Program-made: the position numbers and the translations under genes
In this document: piece by piece, positions 62,401 to 64,000 of the stretch
Numbering within the stretch: the stretch's first letter is position 1
Layout: each line of letters begins with the position of its first letter
Assembly (NCBI GenBank): GCA_903868795.1
Contig: CAIPWR010000041.1
Coordinates: 18,540 to 82,539 of the forward strand
Reading direction: 5' to 3'
DNA: 64,000 nucleotides
Source of the DNA: an uncultured Spartobacteria bacterium
GTDB lineage: Bacteria; Verrucomicrobiota; Verrucomicrobiia; Chthoniobacterales; UBA6821
The notes under the pieces: generated by a model
Databases searched by the model: none
Told to the model about the DNA's origin: nothing
The model's input: the letters and a program-made list of their open reading frames with translations, nothing else

Positions 62401-63282
62401 ATGAAAGTTCTGATTCTTGGTTCCAATGGGAGGCTGGGCTCCGCTCTTGTCCGCCGTTGGAAAGCACTTCATGACATCGAAGTTGTGGCATTGACCCGAG
62501 CCGACGTCGATCTTTCCGATCCTGAAAAGGCTGAAGCAGGCCTTGCCGCCCACGAGTTTGGAGTGGGTGACGTGGTCGTGAACAGCGCAGCCGCTACGGA
62601 TGTCGATGGCTGCGAGAAAGATCGAGAGGGGGCCACGAGAATCAACGCTACATCGCCCGGGCGTATTGCCCGTCTTTGCGCGGCGCGTGGCGCCCGGCTG
62701 ATTCACCTCGGAACCGATTATGTTTTCGATGGTTCACTCGATCGTCCTTACAAGGAGGAGGACGAGCCGAATCCTCTCAGTCACTATGGTCTCACCAAGC
62801 TGGAGGGAGATCGTGAAGTCCTAGGCGCCTCACCAGAGCATTTTGTTGTGCGTGTTTCCTGGGTTTTCGGCCCCGACAAGCCGAGCTTCGTGGATGCCAT
62901 CGTCAAGCGCGCACTCACTTCTCCGGAAGCTGCTGCCGTTCATGACAAGACTTCAGCACCGAGCTACACAGAGGATATGGCGCTTTGGCTTGCTGCGTTG
63001 CTAAATCCCAAGGTGCCAGGCGGCATCTATCATCTCTGCAATGGCGGCATCTGCTCCTGGCGCGATTATGGGGAGTATGCTCTCGAGTGTGCGAAGAAAA
63101 ACGGTATCGCTGTCCTCACCACGACCGTCGCTCCACTCAAGCTCTCCGACATGAAGGCATTCATCGCCGTGCGGCCTCCCCACACGGCTCTTGATACCTC
63201 AAAATTCACACGCACTACGGGGATCACCCCGCGTCCTTGGCGTGAGGCTGTGGAGGATTACTTCAAATCCTGGAAAGCCTAA
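62401..63282 (+). CDS. rfbD: dTDP-4-dehydrorhamnose reductase
   Basis: MKVLILGSNGRLGSAL Rossmann motif, the YGLTKLEGD catalytic YxxxK, and RmlD-type length. Confidence 0.88.
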   Translation: MKVLILGSNGRLGSALVRRWKALHDIEVVALTRADVDLSDPEKAEAGLAAHEFGVGDVVVNSAAATDVDGCEKDREGATRINATSPGRIARLCAARGARLIHLGTDYVFDGSLDRPYKEEDEPNPLSHYGLTKLEGDREVLGASPEHFVVRVSWVFGPDKPSFVDAIVKRALTSPEAAAVHDKTSAPSYTEDMALWLAALLNPKVPGGIYHLCNGGICSWRDYGEYALECAKKNGIAVLTTTVAPLKLSDMKAFIAVRPPHTALDTSKFTRTTGITPRPWREAVEDYFKSWKA

Positions 63283-63290
63283 TCAAAGCC

Positions 63291-64000
63291 ATGGAAATCG
63301 GAATCGATAGCTTTGTCGCCACGACGGCCGATCCAGTGACTGGCGCCAAGGTCGACCCCGTCGTCCGTCTGCGAAATCTGCTCGAAGAAGTCGAGACGGC
63401 AGACCGCGTGGGACTTGATGTCTTTGGTATTGGGGAGCATCACCGCGAAGAGTTCCTCGACGCGGCTCCGGTTGTTTTGCTGGCAGCCGCAGCTGCACGC
63501 ACCAAGCAGATCCGACTTGCAAGTGCTGTCACCGTGCTGAGTGCTGCTGATCCTGTGAGGGTCTTCCAAGAATTCGCCACGTTGGATCTGATTTCGGAAG
63601 GACGTGCGGAGATTGTTGCCGGCCGGGGCTCCTTCACAGAGGCCTATCCGCTCTTCGGGCTCGATCTTAGGGATTACGATTCCCTCTTCGACGAGAAGCT
63701 GCGTCTCCTTTTGGAGATCCGCGCAAGCGAGAGAGTCACCTGGTCGGGGAAGCATCGTCCAGCGCTTCGCGATCAGGAGATCCACCCGCGTCCCTTGCAG
63801 AATCCGCTTCCGATCTGGGTCGGTGTCGGTGGTTCCCCCGAGTCAGTCATCCGAGCCGGATCCTTCGGACTGCCTCTGATGATAGCCATTATCGGGGGCC
63901 AGCCGGACCGCTTCCGCCCACTCGTCGATCTCTATCGGGAGGCAGGTGCCATGTCAGGTCACGCGCCCGAGAAACTCAAGGTCGGCATCCATGCGCTTGG
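63291..64000 (+). CDS. LLM-class (luciferase-like) flavin-dependent oxidoreductase, N-terminal part; 3' end is outside the window
   Basis: Not in the ORF track because it has no stop inside the window. My own translation from the ATG at 63291 gives MEIGIDSFVATTADPVTGAKV...GLDVFGIGEHHREEF...IRLASAVTVLSAADPVRVFQEFATLDLISEGRAEIVAGRGSF. Confidence 0.8.
   Translation, partial: MEIGIDSFVATTADPVTGAKVDPVVRLRNLLEEVETADRVGLDVFGIGEHHREEFLDAAPVVLLAAAAARTKQIRLASAVTVLSAADPVRVFQEFATLDLISEGRAEIVAGRGSFTEAYPLFGLDLRDYDSLFDEKLRLLLEIRASERVTWSGKHRPALRDQEIHPRPLQNPLPIWVGVGGSPESVIRAGSFGLPLMIAIIGGQPDRFRPLVDLYREAGAMSGHAPEKLKVGIHAL

Noticed and set aside
1-64000. Search for CRISPR arrays, IS elements/transposases, integrases, prophage genes, toxin-antitoxin pairs and known defence-system signatures
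   Set aside because: None were recognised in any frame. The only mobile-element-like signals are the short repeat structures reported separately.

Overview
A 64-kb chromosomal segment from a moderately GC-rich Gram-negative bacterium. It carries LPS genes (lpxA, a fused lpxC/fabZ, kdsD, GT9 heptosyltransferase). The gene content has a PVC/Verrucomicrobia-like flavour, but taxonomy cannot be established from the sequence alone. All calls rest on reading the six-frame translations and the DNA by eye. No database search or covariance-model scan was run, so product names are motif-level recognitions. The window is mostly core metabolism and envelope genes: rseP (partial), ispG, lpxA-lpxC/fabZ, a macA-macB-OMF efflux operon, ogt, tRNA-Arg(ACG), rpiB, glnII, rpoA-rplQ, cstA, the hom-thrC-lysC operon, hisD-folP-cdaA-glmM, efp, kdsD, rarA, an aspartate aminotransferase, a polyprenyl synthase, ptsI and rfbD. 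No CRISPR array, IS element, integrase or phage gene was seen. Items worth a second look: (1) a clear SAM-I riboswitch in front of a second ThrC-like PLP enzyme, a GG-terminated ubiquitin-like sulfur carrier and a stand-alone NIL-domain protein, a candidate protein-thiocarboxylate homocysteine route; (2) a 1135-aa single polypeptide fusing a degenerate GH18-like domain, a CE4 deacetylase and a processive GT2 synthase, translationally coupled to a GH26-like hydrolase, a compact exopolysaccharide machine with no visible outer-membrane exporter; (3) a 1181-aa secreted 2xCBM2-GH18 chitinase with an extra ~395-aa C-terminal domain carrying lysozyme/SLT-like motifs; (4) an AT-rich two-gene islet of unknown function between two similar terminators just downstream of rpoA-rplQ; (5) two copies of a composite intergenic element built from inverted arrays of T-run+AAC words phased every 8-9 bp plus a conserved ~70-100 bp tail; (6) a minimal kinase-like domain fused to PP2C; (7) a 65-aa CdaR-like remnant overlapping the 3' end of cdaA; (8) a tandem-NDK protein; (9) a cfa-DUF1295-cfa-MGDG-synthase-like lipid cluster; (10) a sigma54-type promoter and structured leader in front of glnII.
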